DNA of 64,000 bases, taken from assembly GCA_949841045.1 (NCBI GenBank), contig CATKXS010000004.1, positions 8,807 to 72,806 on the forward strand, in the 5' to 3' direction. The notes under the pieces were generated by a model that was given only the letters and a program-made list of their open reading frames with translations, searched no databases and was not told where the DNA came from. Made by a program: the position numbers and the translations under genes. The DNA is from an uncultured Clostridia bacterium. GTDB taxonomy: Bacteria; Bacillota; Clostridia; Christensenellales; UBA1242. Shown here piece by piece: positions 1 through 7,775 of the stretch; the first letter of the stretch is position 1, and the number at the start of each line of letters is the position of its first letter.

Positions 1-1231
1 CGTTTTTCTTATTGCTAATATCAATTACGCCACGTGCAATTTTGCCACATTTCAGCTTTGAAACAAGATGAAGAGCCCTAGCAAGCCCCACTTCAGCATT
101 AGCAACATTAACGCCTTTTTCATAACGAGCCGAAGAGTCTGTCCTAACCCCAAGTTTTCTACTTGTAACACGAATTGATTTTAAATCAAAAACCGCACTT
201 TCAAGCACGCAAGTCTTAGTCTCGTTTGTGATACAAGAGCCCATTCCGCCAATAACTCCAGCTATTACCATAGGTTTTTCATTGTCGGCTATAACCATAT
301 TCTCTTCATTTAAAGTATATTCATTATGATTTAACGCCTCAATTTTTTCTCCGTCCCTAGCCTGCCTTACAATTATTTGCTCACCACCAATCAACTGTTG
401 GTCAAAGGCATGCAAAGGTTGCCCTTCTTCAATAAGTACATAGTTAGTAATATCAACAAGAGTATTGATAGGCTTAATTCCAACAGCAAACAATCTCGCC
501 CTCATCCAAAGTGGAGAACGCTCGATTTTAACATCGGTAATCGCTCCAGCCATATATCTATGACAGTTTGGAGTATTGACTTCAACATTTACAAAGTTTC
601 TTACAGTGTCTTTTGAGTAAACGTCAATGTCATAATTGAGATTGATTTTCTTCATATCCTTTCCAAGAAGCGCACAAACTTCTCTTGCTATGCCAACAAC
701 ACTCATGCAATCTGCTCTATTTGGAGTGATATTTATGTCGAAAATCACATCATTAAGCATTAACGCCTCATCAATAGGCATTCCAATTTTGAAATCGTTA
801 GGCAATATTAAAATACCGTTAACACCAGCACCCTCAAAGTAGTCCTCGTCAATTCCAAGTTCTTCACCCGAACAAAACATACCGCAAGATTCTACGCCAC
901 GCATTTTTGCCTTTTTAATTTTTACGCCGTTTACAAGGTCTGCACCTTCAAGACTCACCGGAATCACTGCACCCTCAAATACATTTGTAGCAGCTGTTAT
1001 AATTTGAGTTACATTTCCACCGCCTATATCAACACGGCAAACAACCAATCTATCCGCCTCTGGATGTTTTTCAATTTTTATAATCCTTCCAACCACAACA
1101 TGGTGAAGGTTTTTATTTTGATAGATAACCTCTTCAACTTCCATACCAGCACTAGTAAGCTTTTGCGCCAAAACCTCTGGAGTTACATCAATATCTACAA
1201 ATTCTTTAAGCCAATTATATGTTACTTTCAT
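1..1231 (-). CDS. pheT: Phenylalanine--tRNA ligase beta subunit, N-terminal ~410 codons (3' end beyond window start)
   Basis: Absent from the ORF track because it is truncated. Minus-strand ATG at 1231 gives MKVTYNWLKEFVDIDVTPEVLAQKLTSAGMEVEE. The frame stays open to position 1 (...SSARYEKGVNVANAEVGLARALHLVSKLKCGKIARGVIDISNKKN). It starts 15 nt after the pheS stop, the classic pheST order. Confidence 0.85.
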   Translation of the reverse strand, partial: MKVTYNWLKEFVDIDVTPEVLAQKLTSAGMEVEEVIYQNKNLHHVVVGRIIKIEKHPEADRLVVCRVDIGGGNVTQIITAATNVFEGAVIPVSLEGADLVNGVKIKKAKMRGVESCGMFCSGEELGIDEDYFEGAGVNGILILPNDFKIGMPIDEALMLNDVIFDINITPNRADCMSVVGIAREVCALLGKDMKKINLNYDIDVYSKDTVRNFVNVEVNTPNCHRYMAGAITDVKIERSPLWMRARLFAVGIKPINTLVDITNYVLIEEGQPLHAFDQQLIGGEQIIVRQARDGEKIEALNHNEYTLNEENMVIADNEKPMVIAGVIGGMGSCITNETKTCVLESAVFDLKSIRVTSRKLGVRTDSSARYEKGVNVANAEVGLARALHLVSKLKCGKIARGVIDISNKKN

Positions 1232-1246
1232 TTTCTCTCCTCACAC

Positions 1247-2296
1247 CTATTTCATTTGTTCCAAAAATCTTATATCATTCTTGTAAAGATTGCGAATATT
1301 GCCTATGCTATTTAAAATCATCGCTGTCCTATCAAGTCCAAACCCAAATGCAAATCCTCTATATTTTTTACTATCAATTCCGGACATTTCAAGCACTTTT
1401 GGATTTACTATACCAGCACCTAACAATTCAAGCATGCCCGTCCCTTTACATTGAGAACAGCCAGCGCCATGGCAAGTTGGACATGAAACATCAACTTCAA
1501 TACTTGGCTCGGTAAATGGGAAGAAAGAAGGTCTAAATCTAATAGTTGTATCTTCACCAAAAAGCCTCTTCATTAGTGTTGTAAGCATAACCTTAAGGTC
1601 TGCCATAGAGATATTTTCATCTACAACAAGCCCTTCCATTTGGTGGAAAACTGGACTATGCGTTGAGTCGCTGTCATTTCTATAAGTTTTACCAGGACAA
1701 ATAATTTTAAAAGGAGGTTTTCTAACTTCCATTTCTCTTGCCTGAACAGCAGAAGTCTGTGAACGAAGTAAAATGTTATCATTGATAAAGAAAGTATCCT
1801 GCATATCTCTTGAAGGATGATTCTTTGGAATATTCATAGCTTCAAAGTTGTAATAATCGCTTTCAATTTCAGGACCTTCTACAACAGAAAATCCAAGACT
1901 AACACAAATATCAGTAAGCCTATCTATAACATCTGAAATTGGATGTAATGCACCCTTTACAACTCCTTTTGAAGGCTCCGAAATGTCAATTCTTTCATTT
2001 TCAAGCTTCTCATTTAACTCTCTTTCTTCACATTCTTTTTCAAGAGAAGTTAATTTATCAGAAATGGCATTTTTAACCTCATTTATAAGCGCTCCAACCT
2101 TTGGACGCTCTTCAGGGCTAATATCCTTCATTCCTTTCGACATAGTAGTAATACTGCCCGATTTTCCAAAGACTTTCACCTTAATGTCGTTAATTTTCTT
2201 TTTAATTTCACCAATGCTATCTTGTGAATTTTTTCGAATTTCTTCAACAAATTCAAGCACCTCTTTTTTAAGCTTTTCAAGCTCTTCTTTAATCAT
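1247..2296 (-). CDS. pheS: Phenylalanine--tRNA ligase alpha subunit
   Basis: Class II aaRS PheS signatures (RPSFFPFTEPS, GFAFGFGLDRTAM). The SD-preceded ATG at 2296 (caaggaggaatttgATG, MIKEELEKL) is preferred to the ORF-track start at 2371, which reads through repeat units. Confidence 0.95.
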   Translation of the reverse strand: MIKEELEKLKKEVLEFVEEIRKNSQDSIGEIKKKINDIKVKVFGKSGSITTMSKGMKDISPEERPKVGALINEVKNAISDKLTSLEKECEERELNEKLENERIDISEPSKGVVKGALHPISDVIDRLTDICVSLGFSVVEGPEIESDYYNFEAMNIPKNHPSRDMQDTFFINDNILLRSQTSAVQAREMEVRKPPFKIICPGKTYRNDSDSTHSPVFHQMEGLVVDENISMADLKVMLTTLMKRLFGEDTTIRFRPSFFPFTEPSIEVDVSCPTCHGAGCSQCKGTGMLELLGAGIVNPKVLEMSGIDSKKYRGFAFGFGLDRTAMILNSIGNIRNLYKNDIRFLEQMK

Positions 2297-2318
2297 CAAA
2301 TTCCTCCTTGTAATATAA

Positions 2319-2401
2319 GAAAACATTCGATAAATCTCATGTTTTCTTGCGTTCCTAAAGAAAACACTCAATAATTCTCCTGTTATTCTTTCATTCCTAA
2401 A
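2319..2401 (-). repeat. Two tandem units (41 + 42 bp) of a ~42-bp repeat family, between the T-box terminator and the pheS SD
   Basis: Gene-sense: TTTAGGAATGAAAGAATAACAGGAGAATTATTGAGTGTTTTC (2401..2360) and TTTAGGAACGCAAGAAAACATGAGATTTATCGAATGTTTTC (2359..2319). Related units lie at 41293..41334 and 45168..45251. Confidence 0.8.
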
Positions 2402-2473
2402 TAAAAATGTTCAATTAAATCAAACATTTTTCTCGTGCACAAAAATACTTTTAAAATTTGCATTTTTACGCAC

Positions 2474-2695
2474 TAAAAAAGTCCTCTTATTCCATTAGGA
2501 CGAAAGAGAACTTATCGTGGTACCACCTAAATTTAATAAAGCCTAGCGCCTTATTCTTATTAAAACCTTTTACGTAGTTTAACGGCATAAACTAATCTAA
2601 GTCACCTTATTTCATAAATGCAGCTAGAAAGTGAATTCGCAAACCTGCCGAACGCTTATTTTTCAGCCAAGAATAAGCTCTCTTTGAACACATCT
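2474..2695 (-). promoter_or_regulatory. T-box leader (tRNA-Phe responsive) of pheST
   Basis: Read on the minus strand: AGAGAG motif near 2680 and a candidate specifier GCGAAUUCAC with UUC at 2635..2633. The T-box sequence AAUUUAGGUGGUACCACGAUAAG lies at 2533..2511. It is followed by the terminator hairpin GUCCUAAUGGAAUAAGAGGAC plus U6 (2501..2475). Confidence 0.75.
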
Positions 2696-2774
2696 GTCTG
2701 TTACTAGTCTTTCATCATCGCTTTTATAATTAAATATTATATTAATATATAAATTATTGTCAAGCAAAATTAAC

Positions 2775-2802
2775 TTGATTTTAATTATTTTTATGCTAAA
2801 AT
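2775..2802 (+). promoter_or_regulatory. Sigma-A-like promoter TTGATT-16-TAAAAT ending 6 nt before the ATG at 2809 (leaderless candidate)
   Basis: TTGATT at 2775..2780, TAAAAT at 2797..2802, then ataggcATG. No SD is visible. Confidence 0.4.
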
Positions 2803-2808
2803 ATAGGC

Positions 2809-3684
2809 ATGAAGTATTTTGATTTTGCAATTAATAAAGAATATAAAAACGTTTATTTGTTTCTGAAAGATGAGGGATTTTCAGAAAACTTTATAACAAA
2901 TTTACGAAAAACTTGGGGAAATATTAAAGTAAATAACACCATTGTTAACATTCGACAGCCCTTAAAACATAATGATATTCTTTCAATCAATTCAAACCCT
3001 AACCAACATACTGCTATTATGCAATGCATACTACCACTAGATATAGTATTTGAGGACGAATACTACTTACTGATAAACAAACCAAGCGGAATATCATGCA
3101 TGCCAAACAAAAGCCACTACTCTTGCAATCTTGCAGGCGCTATTTGTCACTACATGAAAAATAAAGAGGAGAATTTTGTCCTACGAATGATTAACCGACT
3201 AGACAAGGATACAGCAGGTCTTATCTTAATAGCAAAAGACAGCATTTCACAAAACAAAGTAAAAGATATTGAAAAGACCTACTATGCAATCTGCGAAGGC
3301 GAAATAGCAAAAGAGATAACAATAGACAAGAAAATTAAAACACTTTCAAATAATGGCATAAATGAAAGAAAGAGAATTATTTCAGACGATGGACAAGAAG
3401 CTATCACCCTTGTTACCCCTATTAGCACAAATACAAAACTAAGCCTTATCAAATTAAAACTAAAGCACGGAAGAACCCACCAAATTCGAGTCCATTTGTC
3501 CTCAATAGACCACCCTCTTTTAGGCGATGAAATTTATGGAAACAAATCTGACATTATAGACCATACAGCATTAATTTGTAAAGAACTTTCATTTTTTCAC
3601 CCTTTTAAAAAAGTTAATTTAGCATTTAACATAGATTTCCCAGATGATTTTAAAAAAGTTATAACCACAATTCAAAGCTTATAA
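2809..3684 (+). CDS. RluA-family pseudouridine synthase with N-terminal S4-like segment
   Basis: NRLDKDTAGL and HGRTHQIRVH motifs typical of the RluA/RluD family. Confidence 0.85.
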   Translation: MKYFDFAINKEYKNVYLFLKDEGFSENFITNLRKTWGNIKVNNTIVNIRQPLKHNDILSINSNPNQHTAIMQCILPLDIVFEDEYYLLINKPSGISCMPNKSHYSCNLAGAICHYMKNKEENFVLRMINRLDKDTAGLILIAKDSISQNKVKDIEKTYYAICEGEIAKEITIDKKIKTLSNNGINERKRIISDDGQEAITLVTPISTNTKLSLIKLKLKHGRTHQIRVHLSSIDHPLLGDEIYGNKSDIIDHTALICKELSFFHPFKKVNLAFNIDFPDDFKKVITTIQSL

Positions 3685-3779
3685 AACCTTTTACCAACAT
3701 CACAGCTTAATTTAATCGTTAAAAAAGAAGTTGATTTTCAACTTCTTTTTTACATTTAATTTTATTTAATTAAAGCATT

Positions 3780-5162
3780 TTAATATTCACAGTTGTTTGG
3801 CGTTCTTGGGAAAAGAATTACGTCACGAATATTTGATACCCCTGTTACATACATAAGTATTCTTTCAAAGCCAAGACCAAAACCACTGTGTTGAACAGAG
3901 CCAAATCTACGGAGATTTAAATACCACCAGTAATCTTCTTCTTTAAGCTTTAAGTTTTCCATATGCTTTCTAAGTTTTTCATAATCGGTTTCACGTTCAC
4001 TTCCACCAGTAACTTCACCTATTCCTGGGAATAACAAATCGCAAGCTCTTACAGTCTTTCCGTCTTCATTCTGCTTCATATAGAAAGCTTTAATTTCTTT
4101 TGGATAATCTGTCACAAATACAGGTTTTTTATAAACAACTTCACATAAATATCTTTCATGCTCTGTTTGAATATCACTACCCCATTCAACAGGATAATCA
4201 AATTTATCATTATTCTTTTTCAAAATTTCAATAGCATCAGTATATGTCAAACGAGCAAAGTCGTTATTGATTACATTATTTAATCTATCAAATAATCCCT
4301 TGTCAACGAATTCATTGAAAAATTTCATTTCGTCTGGACATCTTTTCATAATATTAGTTATAATGAATTTCATCATTTCTTCTTCAAGCTCCATAAGCTC
4401 TTCAAGATTCATAAAGCAAATTTCTGGTTCAAGGTGCCAGAATTCGTTTACGTGACGAGTTGTGTTGCTGTTCTCAGCTCTAAAAGAAGGTCCGAAAGTA
4501 TATATCTTACCAAAAGCAAAAGCGCAAGCTTCTCCTTCAAGTTGACCCGTTGGGCTAAGATAAACCTTCTTACCAAAAAGTTCATCTTCTGGGTCGAACT
4601 TACCCTCTTCATCATAAATATTTTGAGTTGTTACTCTAAATAATTCACTTCCACCTTCACAATCAGAAGAAGTCAAAAGTGGCGTATGAACATGAACAAA
4701 ACCTTTATTCTCAAAAAACTCGTGAAGAATAAAAGCAAGCTTACTTCTTACTCTAAATACCGCATTAAATAAATTTGTTCTTGGTCTAAGATAGGCAATT
4801 TCTCTCAAAAATTCTAGTGAGTGTTTTTTCTTTTGAAGCGGATAATCACTATCAGTTGCATTCAGAATTGTAATTTCATCAGCCTGCATTTCAAATGGCT
4901 GTTGGTTTTCAGGAGTCATAACAATTCTACCCTTACAAGTGATTGAAGAGCCTGTGTTCAACTTCTCAATTTCATCAAAGTTCGCAAGTTTATCCTTAGT
5001 AAAAACAACTTGCAATGTTTTAAAGCAAGTTCCATCAGATAAATTGATAAAACCAAACTTACCATTACCTCTACAACTTCTTACCCAACCAGCTACTATA
5101 ATCTGAGTGCCTGAAAAATACTTTATGCTATCATAAACCGACTTTATATCAATCTTAACCAT
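3780..5162 (-). CDS. asnS: Asparagine--tRNA ligase
   Basis: Class IIb aaRS with an N-terminal OB fold. FRAENSNTTRH and GGSERE motifs and the C-terminal FPRTPNNCEY are typical of AsnRS. The SD-preceded MVKIDIKS start at 5162 is preferred to 5201. Confidence 0.9.
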   Translation of the reverse strand: MVKIDIKSVYDSIKYFSGTQIIVAGWVRSCRGNGKFGFINLSDGTCFKTLQVVFTKDKLANFDEIEKLNTGSSITCKGRIVMTPENQQPFEMQADEITILNATDSDYPLQKKKHSLEFLREIAYLRPRTNLFNAVFRVRSKLAFILHEFFENKGFVHVHTPLLTSSDCEGGSELFRVTTQNIYDEEGKFDPEDELFGKKVYLSPTGQLEGEACAFAFGKIYTFGPSFRAENSNTTRHVNEFWHLEPEICFMNLEELMELEEEMMKFIITNIMKRCPDEMKFFNEFVDKGLFDRLNNVINNDFARLTYTDAIEILKKNNDKFDYPVEWGSDIQTEHERYLCEVVYKKPVFVTDYPKEIKAFYMKQNEDGKTVRACDLLFPGIGEVTGGSERETDYEKLRKHMENLKLKEEDYWWYLNLRRFGSVQHSGFGLGFERILMYVTGVSNIRDVILFPRTPNNCEY

Positions 5163-5323
5163 TTTATCTCCATATTTTCTTCTATCGTACCTTGTTTTCA
5201 TAACACAAGTATTATATCATATAATCTAGAAGATACAAAACATTTTTATGAAAAATATCCAATTTTTTTCTCACAAATAAACAAGAAAAAAATCTTCAGT
5301 AACTCCAAAGATTTTTTTAATAA

Positions 5324-5797
5324 TTAAAATAAGTAAAGAAAATCACCCAAAATGTTAATAGTAGTAGACTCTTCAGCCCTGAATGAAAATTCAAAAACTT
5401 TATACTCATTATTTTCAACAGAAGTTATAGCTATTATTTCATTATCAATTTTAACTTCGAAAGTCTCTACACAATAATCCATATAAAAAGTCAACTTTAA
5501 TTCTTCACCTTTTACAATTTTATTTGTTATATCATGCTCATAGGAATTCAAGTATAACATACGAAATCCATCTTGAGTGCATACTTCATAACAATAATCA
5601 TCACCACTAAAATCATCAACTCTTACTGGCGCTTTTAACAATTCAGGCTCAGACCCACACTTGATTTCAAATGTAATTGAAACATTATCAGTATTATTAT
5701 TGTTTCCTGGCGATGCTTCACCATTTGCACACGCAACGAATAAAGGAAGCACCAAAGCAACCATGACTGCAACTAAAAATTTTGAAAATCTCTTCAT
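5324..5797 (-). CDS. Putative lipoprotein, unknown function
   Basis: Signal peptide with lipobox (LPLFVAC). No recognisable domain. Confidence 0.6.
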   Translation of the reverse strand: MKRFSKFLVAVMVALVLPLFVACANGEASPGNNNNTDNVSITFEIKCGSEPELLKAPVRVDDFSGDDYCYEVCTQDGFRMLYLNSYEHDITNKIVKGEELKLTFYMDYCVETFEVKIDNEIIAITSVENNEYKVFEFSFRAEESTTINILGDFLYLF

Positions 5798-5927
5798 ATA
5801 AACCTTCTTTTGTATTAACGTATATATTCTAACATTTTACAACAAAATATACAAATGTTTTTAAGTATAAAACAAAATAATTTAAAAAAAATATTATTTA
5901 GACAAATTTCAACCAGCAATATAAAAT

Positions 5928-5960
5928 AAAAAAAATGTATGAGCTTTCTATACATTTTTT
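5928..5960. terminator. Bidirectional hairpin terminator
   Basis: AAAAAATGTAT-gagctttct-ATACATTTTTT, an A/T-flanked 11-bp stem. Confidence 0.5.
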
Positions 5961-6051
5961 GGTGCACTACTACCTAAATTGAATTATCGGAGATTTTTTG
6001 TTAAGCATTTTTGCTCATTTAATTTTTCTTTGCATTATTGAAAATCAAATA

Positions 6052-6080
6052 TTGACTTTTTACCCAATATGTGCATGAAT
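6052..6080 (+). promoter_or_regulatory. Candidate promoter for the small ORF (TTGACT-17-ATGAAT with TG extension)
   Basis: TTGACT at 6052..6057 and tgcATGAAT at 6072..6080. Confidence 0.35.
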
Positions 6081-6099
6081 TTGTTTAAAAGGAGCAAGA

Positions 6100-6162
6100 A
6101 TGAATTTCTTTGCCGTTGTGGATTATATTTTCATTCTAGCTCATGCCAAGTACCTTTCATGA
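6100..6162 (+). CDS. Candidate 20-aa hydrophobic peptide MNFFAVVDYIFILAHAKYLS (possible type I toxin)
   Basis: Strong SD (aaaaggagcaagaATG), its own promoter and a downstream terminator. It is too short for the ORF track. Confidence 0.3.
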   Translation: MNFFAVVDYIFILAHAKYLS

Positions 6163-6182
6163 CATAAAATTTGACACAAAAT

Positions 6183-6214
6183 AAAAAAAACCTAAACCGA
6201 GAACTCAATTTAGG
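6183..6214 (-). terminator. Rho-independent terminator (minus strand)
   Basis: Minus-sense CCUAAAuugaguucucggUUUAGG followed by U8. Confidence 0.55.
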
Positions 6215-6219
6215 CTTCA

Positions 6220-6251
6220 TTTGTGTCAACTGACAACAAAGTCTTTTTTTT
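6220..6251 (+). terminator. Rho-independent terminator (plus strand) downstream of the small ORF
   Basis: TTTGTGTCA-ac-TGACAACAAA followed by gtcTTTTTTTT. Confidence 0.5.
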
Positions 6252-6367
6252 GATTTGTTAGTTTTGATAATGCGACGAGTCGAACTGTGATTGTGCTTGC
6301 ACAACATCACGAGTGAGCGAGGAAGCATTATATTTCATATTTTGCGACGGCAATTTTTAGTCTAAAA

Positions 6368-6447
6368 AATCAAAAATAATCAAAAAAATCAAAAATTAAA
6401 TCAAAATTTGATTTCGCGACACAGTTTTGATTTTGCGAAAATCAAAA
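6368..6447. repeat. Cluster of ATCAAAA direct repeats plus two palindromes
   Basis: aATCAAAAat, aATCAAAAaa and ATCAAAAatt at ~10-bp spacing. Palindromes AAATCAAAaTTTGATTT (6398..6414) and TTTTGATTTTgcgAAAATCAAAA (6425..6447). Confidence 0.6.
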
Positions 6448-6448
6448 A

Positions 6449-7063
6449 TTATTTTATCAACAAAGCAATTGCTTCTGCCAACTGTTTGTGGCTTTTTGTT
6501 GTAAGGTGAATTCCGTCTTTCCCACAACGTAAAATTTTATTTGGAAGAAACATGCAATTATTTTCTTTTGCAAATTTCTCAAAAAGTTGATTAAAACATT
6601 TTGATTTAGCGGTCGCTCCCGTAAATCCATCAAATTTAATTTCGTCAATTTCAGGAGGTGCACATATAATAAACTTGGGTACTTTTGTTAGTTCAGGTGC
6701 TAAACAATTGCGTGTGAATTTAATATACTTTTCCTCTAATACTTTAACAACTTGTTGGACAGTACGATTAAACTTTTCTTTCATGTCGTTTGTGCCCAAA
6801 AACAAAACCACATAATCTATAGGATCATGAGAAATTAAACATGTTGGGAAAAATAAAGCCCCGTTACGATTTCCTTTTGGTTGCTTTATATCGTCAAGAT
6901 CCGTTGTCCTTGAGGGCATCCCTTCACTAATAACTAGGTATCTTTTCCCGAGAATTTGCTGGAGAAAATAAGGATACGCCTTTGTTATATTACAATGTTT
7001 ACAACTTCCATCGGGTATTGTTCCCCAGGTGTTTGAATCCCCATAACATAAAATTCTAATCAA
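6449..7063 (-). CDS. SGNH/GDSL-family hydrolase (esterase/lipase-like)
   Basis: N-terminal block I ILCYGDSNTWG and FLGTNDMK. TTG start with SD taggaggtcatat. Confidence 0.8.
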   Translation of the reverse strand: MIRILCYGDSNTWGTIPDGSCKHCNITKAYPYFLQQILGKRYLVISEGMPSRTTDLDDIKQPKGNRNGALFFPTCLISHDPIDYVVLFLGTNDMKEKFNRTVQQVVKVLEEKYIKFTRNCLAPELTKVPKFIICAPPEIDEIKFDGFTGATAKSKCFNQLFEKFAKENNCMFLPNKILRCGKDGIHLTTKSHKQLAEAIALLIK

Positions 7064-7218
7064 TATGACCTCCTAAAAAGACACTACCTTCTCTTTTCTA
7101 ACAAAATTTCATGCTTGCCCTTTTATTTCAACCCGTATACTGTGTCGTAATTTATTTTTCATCACTGCATACAGTTTGTTTTCGCCTTTCGCAAAAAAGA
7201 CTTTTTATACAATATATT

Positions 7219-7300
7219 TGGTGCGGGCGGTGGGAGTCGAACCCACACTCTTTCGAACTTGCCCCTTAAACAAGCGCGTCTGCCATTCCGCCACGCCCGC
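7219..7300 (-). tRNA. tRNA-Leu, anticodon apparently AAG (type II, long variable arm)
   Basis: GCGGGCG acceptor/CGCCCGC-A-CCA; T arm GTGGG-TTCGACT-CCCAC. Anticodon arm CTTGT-TTAAGGG-GCAAG puts AAG at positions 34-36 with G37. The body is nearly identical to the Leu(TAA) gene at 57881. Confidence 0.8.
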
Positions 7301-7305
7301 ACATT

Positions 7306-7337
7306 TAAAAATATAAAGCAAGAATAACTTTCTTGCT
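7306..7337 (-). terminator. Hairpin terminator after the ferritin-like gene
   Basis: Minus-sense AGCAAGAA-aguua-UUCUUGCU then UUAUAUUUUU. Confidence 0.5.
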
Positions 7338-7342
7338 CTATT

Positions 7343-7371
7343 ATTATATCTATTATTAAATTATATGTCAA
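7343..7371 (-). promoter_or_regulatory. Consensus sigma-A promoter TTGACA-17-TATAAT for tRNA-Leu(AAG)
   Basis: TTGACA at 7371..7366 and TATAAT at 7348..7343. The predicted start falls inside the 5' arm of the adjacent hairpin. Confidence 0.6.
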
Positions 7372-7398
7372 GTATTTTATTGAAAATTTTCAAAAACT

Positions 7399-7686
7399 TT
7401 AATCTCCTGACTTGTTAAATTCTTCAAGACCTTTTTCAAATTGAGTTTTACTCTCTGGGTCTAACTTAAAAATCAAACCAAACAATTGTCCCACATGAAG
7501 TTTTTCCTCTTTGGCTATATCCATTATAGTATTTTTAGCATCTATATTATTAGTTTGTTGCAGATGAGTTTCATAACCAACAATGGCTTCAAGCTCCCCC
7601 ATCACATCTAATCTTGCATTTTGCAAAGTTAAAAAATTATTTGAAGTAATATTTGAGTTATCTAAAATATTAAAAAATCCTTTCAT
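7399..7686 (-). CDS. Encapsulated-ferritin-like (EncFtn family) protein, no shell gene nearby
   Basis: MGELEAIVGYETH ... DIAKEEKLHVGQLFGLIFKLDP parallels the EncFtn pattern MEELEA..WY ... DEEKEH. Confidence 0.5.
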   Translation of the reverse strand: MKGFFNILDNSNITSNNFLTLQNARLDVMGELEAIVGYETHLQQTNNIDAKNTIMDIAKEEKLHVGQLFGLIFKLDPESKTQFEKGLEEFNKSGD

Positions 7687-7775
7687 TGTAGCCTCCTATT
7701 TTATATATGAAAGGATTTACACTTATGACAAGAAAATGCTTAACTACTTTTTCTACTAAAAAAAGACTGTTAAAT

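Larger units (their letters stand above)
6183..6320 (-). ncRNA. Candidate ~135-nt sRNA convergent with the small ORF
   Basis: TATAAT at 6332..6327 with a weak -35 TTGCCG and a 15-nt spacer. Internal hairpin GTGATGTTGTGC/GCACAATCAC. Ends at the 6183..6214 terminator. It would overlap the plus-strand transcript 3' end over about 6183..6251. Confidence 0.3.

Noticed and set aside
377-1515. Plus-strand ORFs inside pheT/pheS, and the many other 60-120-aa ORFs antisense to or nested in large genes (for example 1983..2318, 4267..4643, 7924..8178, 22024..23364, 32697..33287, 34826..35138, 55532..56345).
   Set aside because: Each lies wholly within a well-supported longer gene on the opposite strand or in another frame. 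They have low-complexity Ser/Leu/Phe/Ile-rich translations typical of AT-rich antisense frames and lack SDs.
2297-2371. N-terminal extensions of pheS (to 2371) and lgt (45122..45289) given in the ORF track.
   Set aside because: The extensions translate the 42-bp repeat units (RNARKHEIYRMFS, QEQREIYRTFS x2) and lack an SD. Conserved protein N-termini with an SD or promoter begin at 2296 and 45121.
6131-6328. 65-aa minus-strand ORF (MLPRSLVMLCKHNH...).
   Set aside because: It has no SD and a basic low-complexity composition. It spans two terminator hairpins and is better explained as non-coding sRNA sequence.
7399-7686. Encapsulin nanocompartment operon.
   Set aside because: Only the ferritin-like cargo homologue is present. 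No HK97-fold shell gene occurs anywhere in the window.
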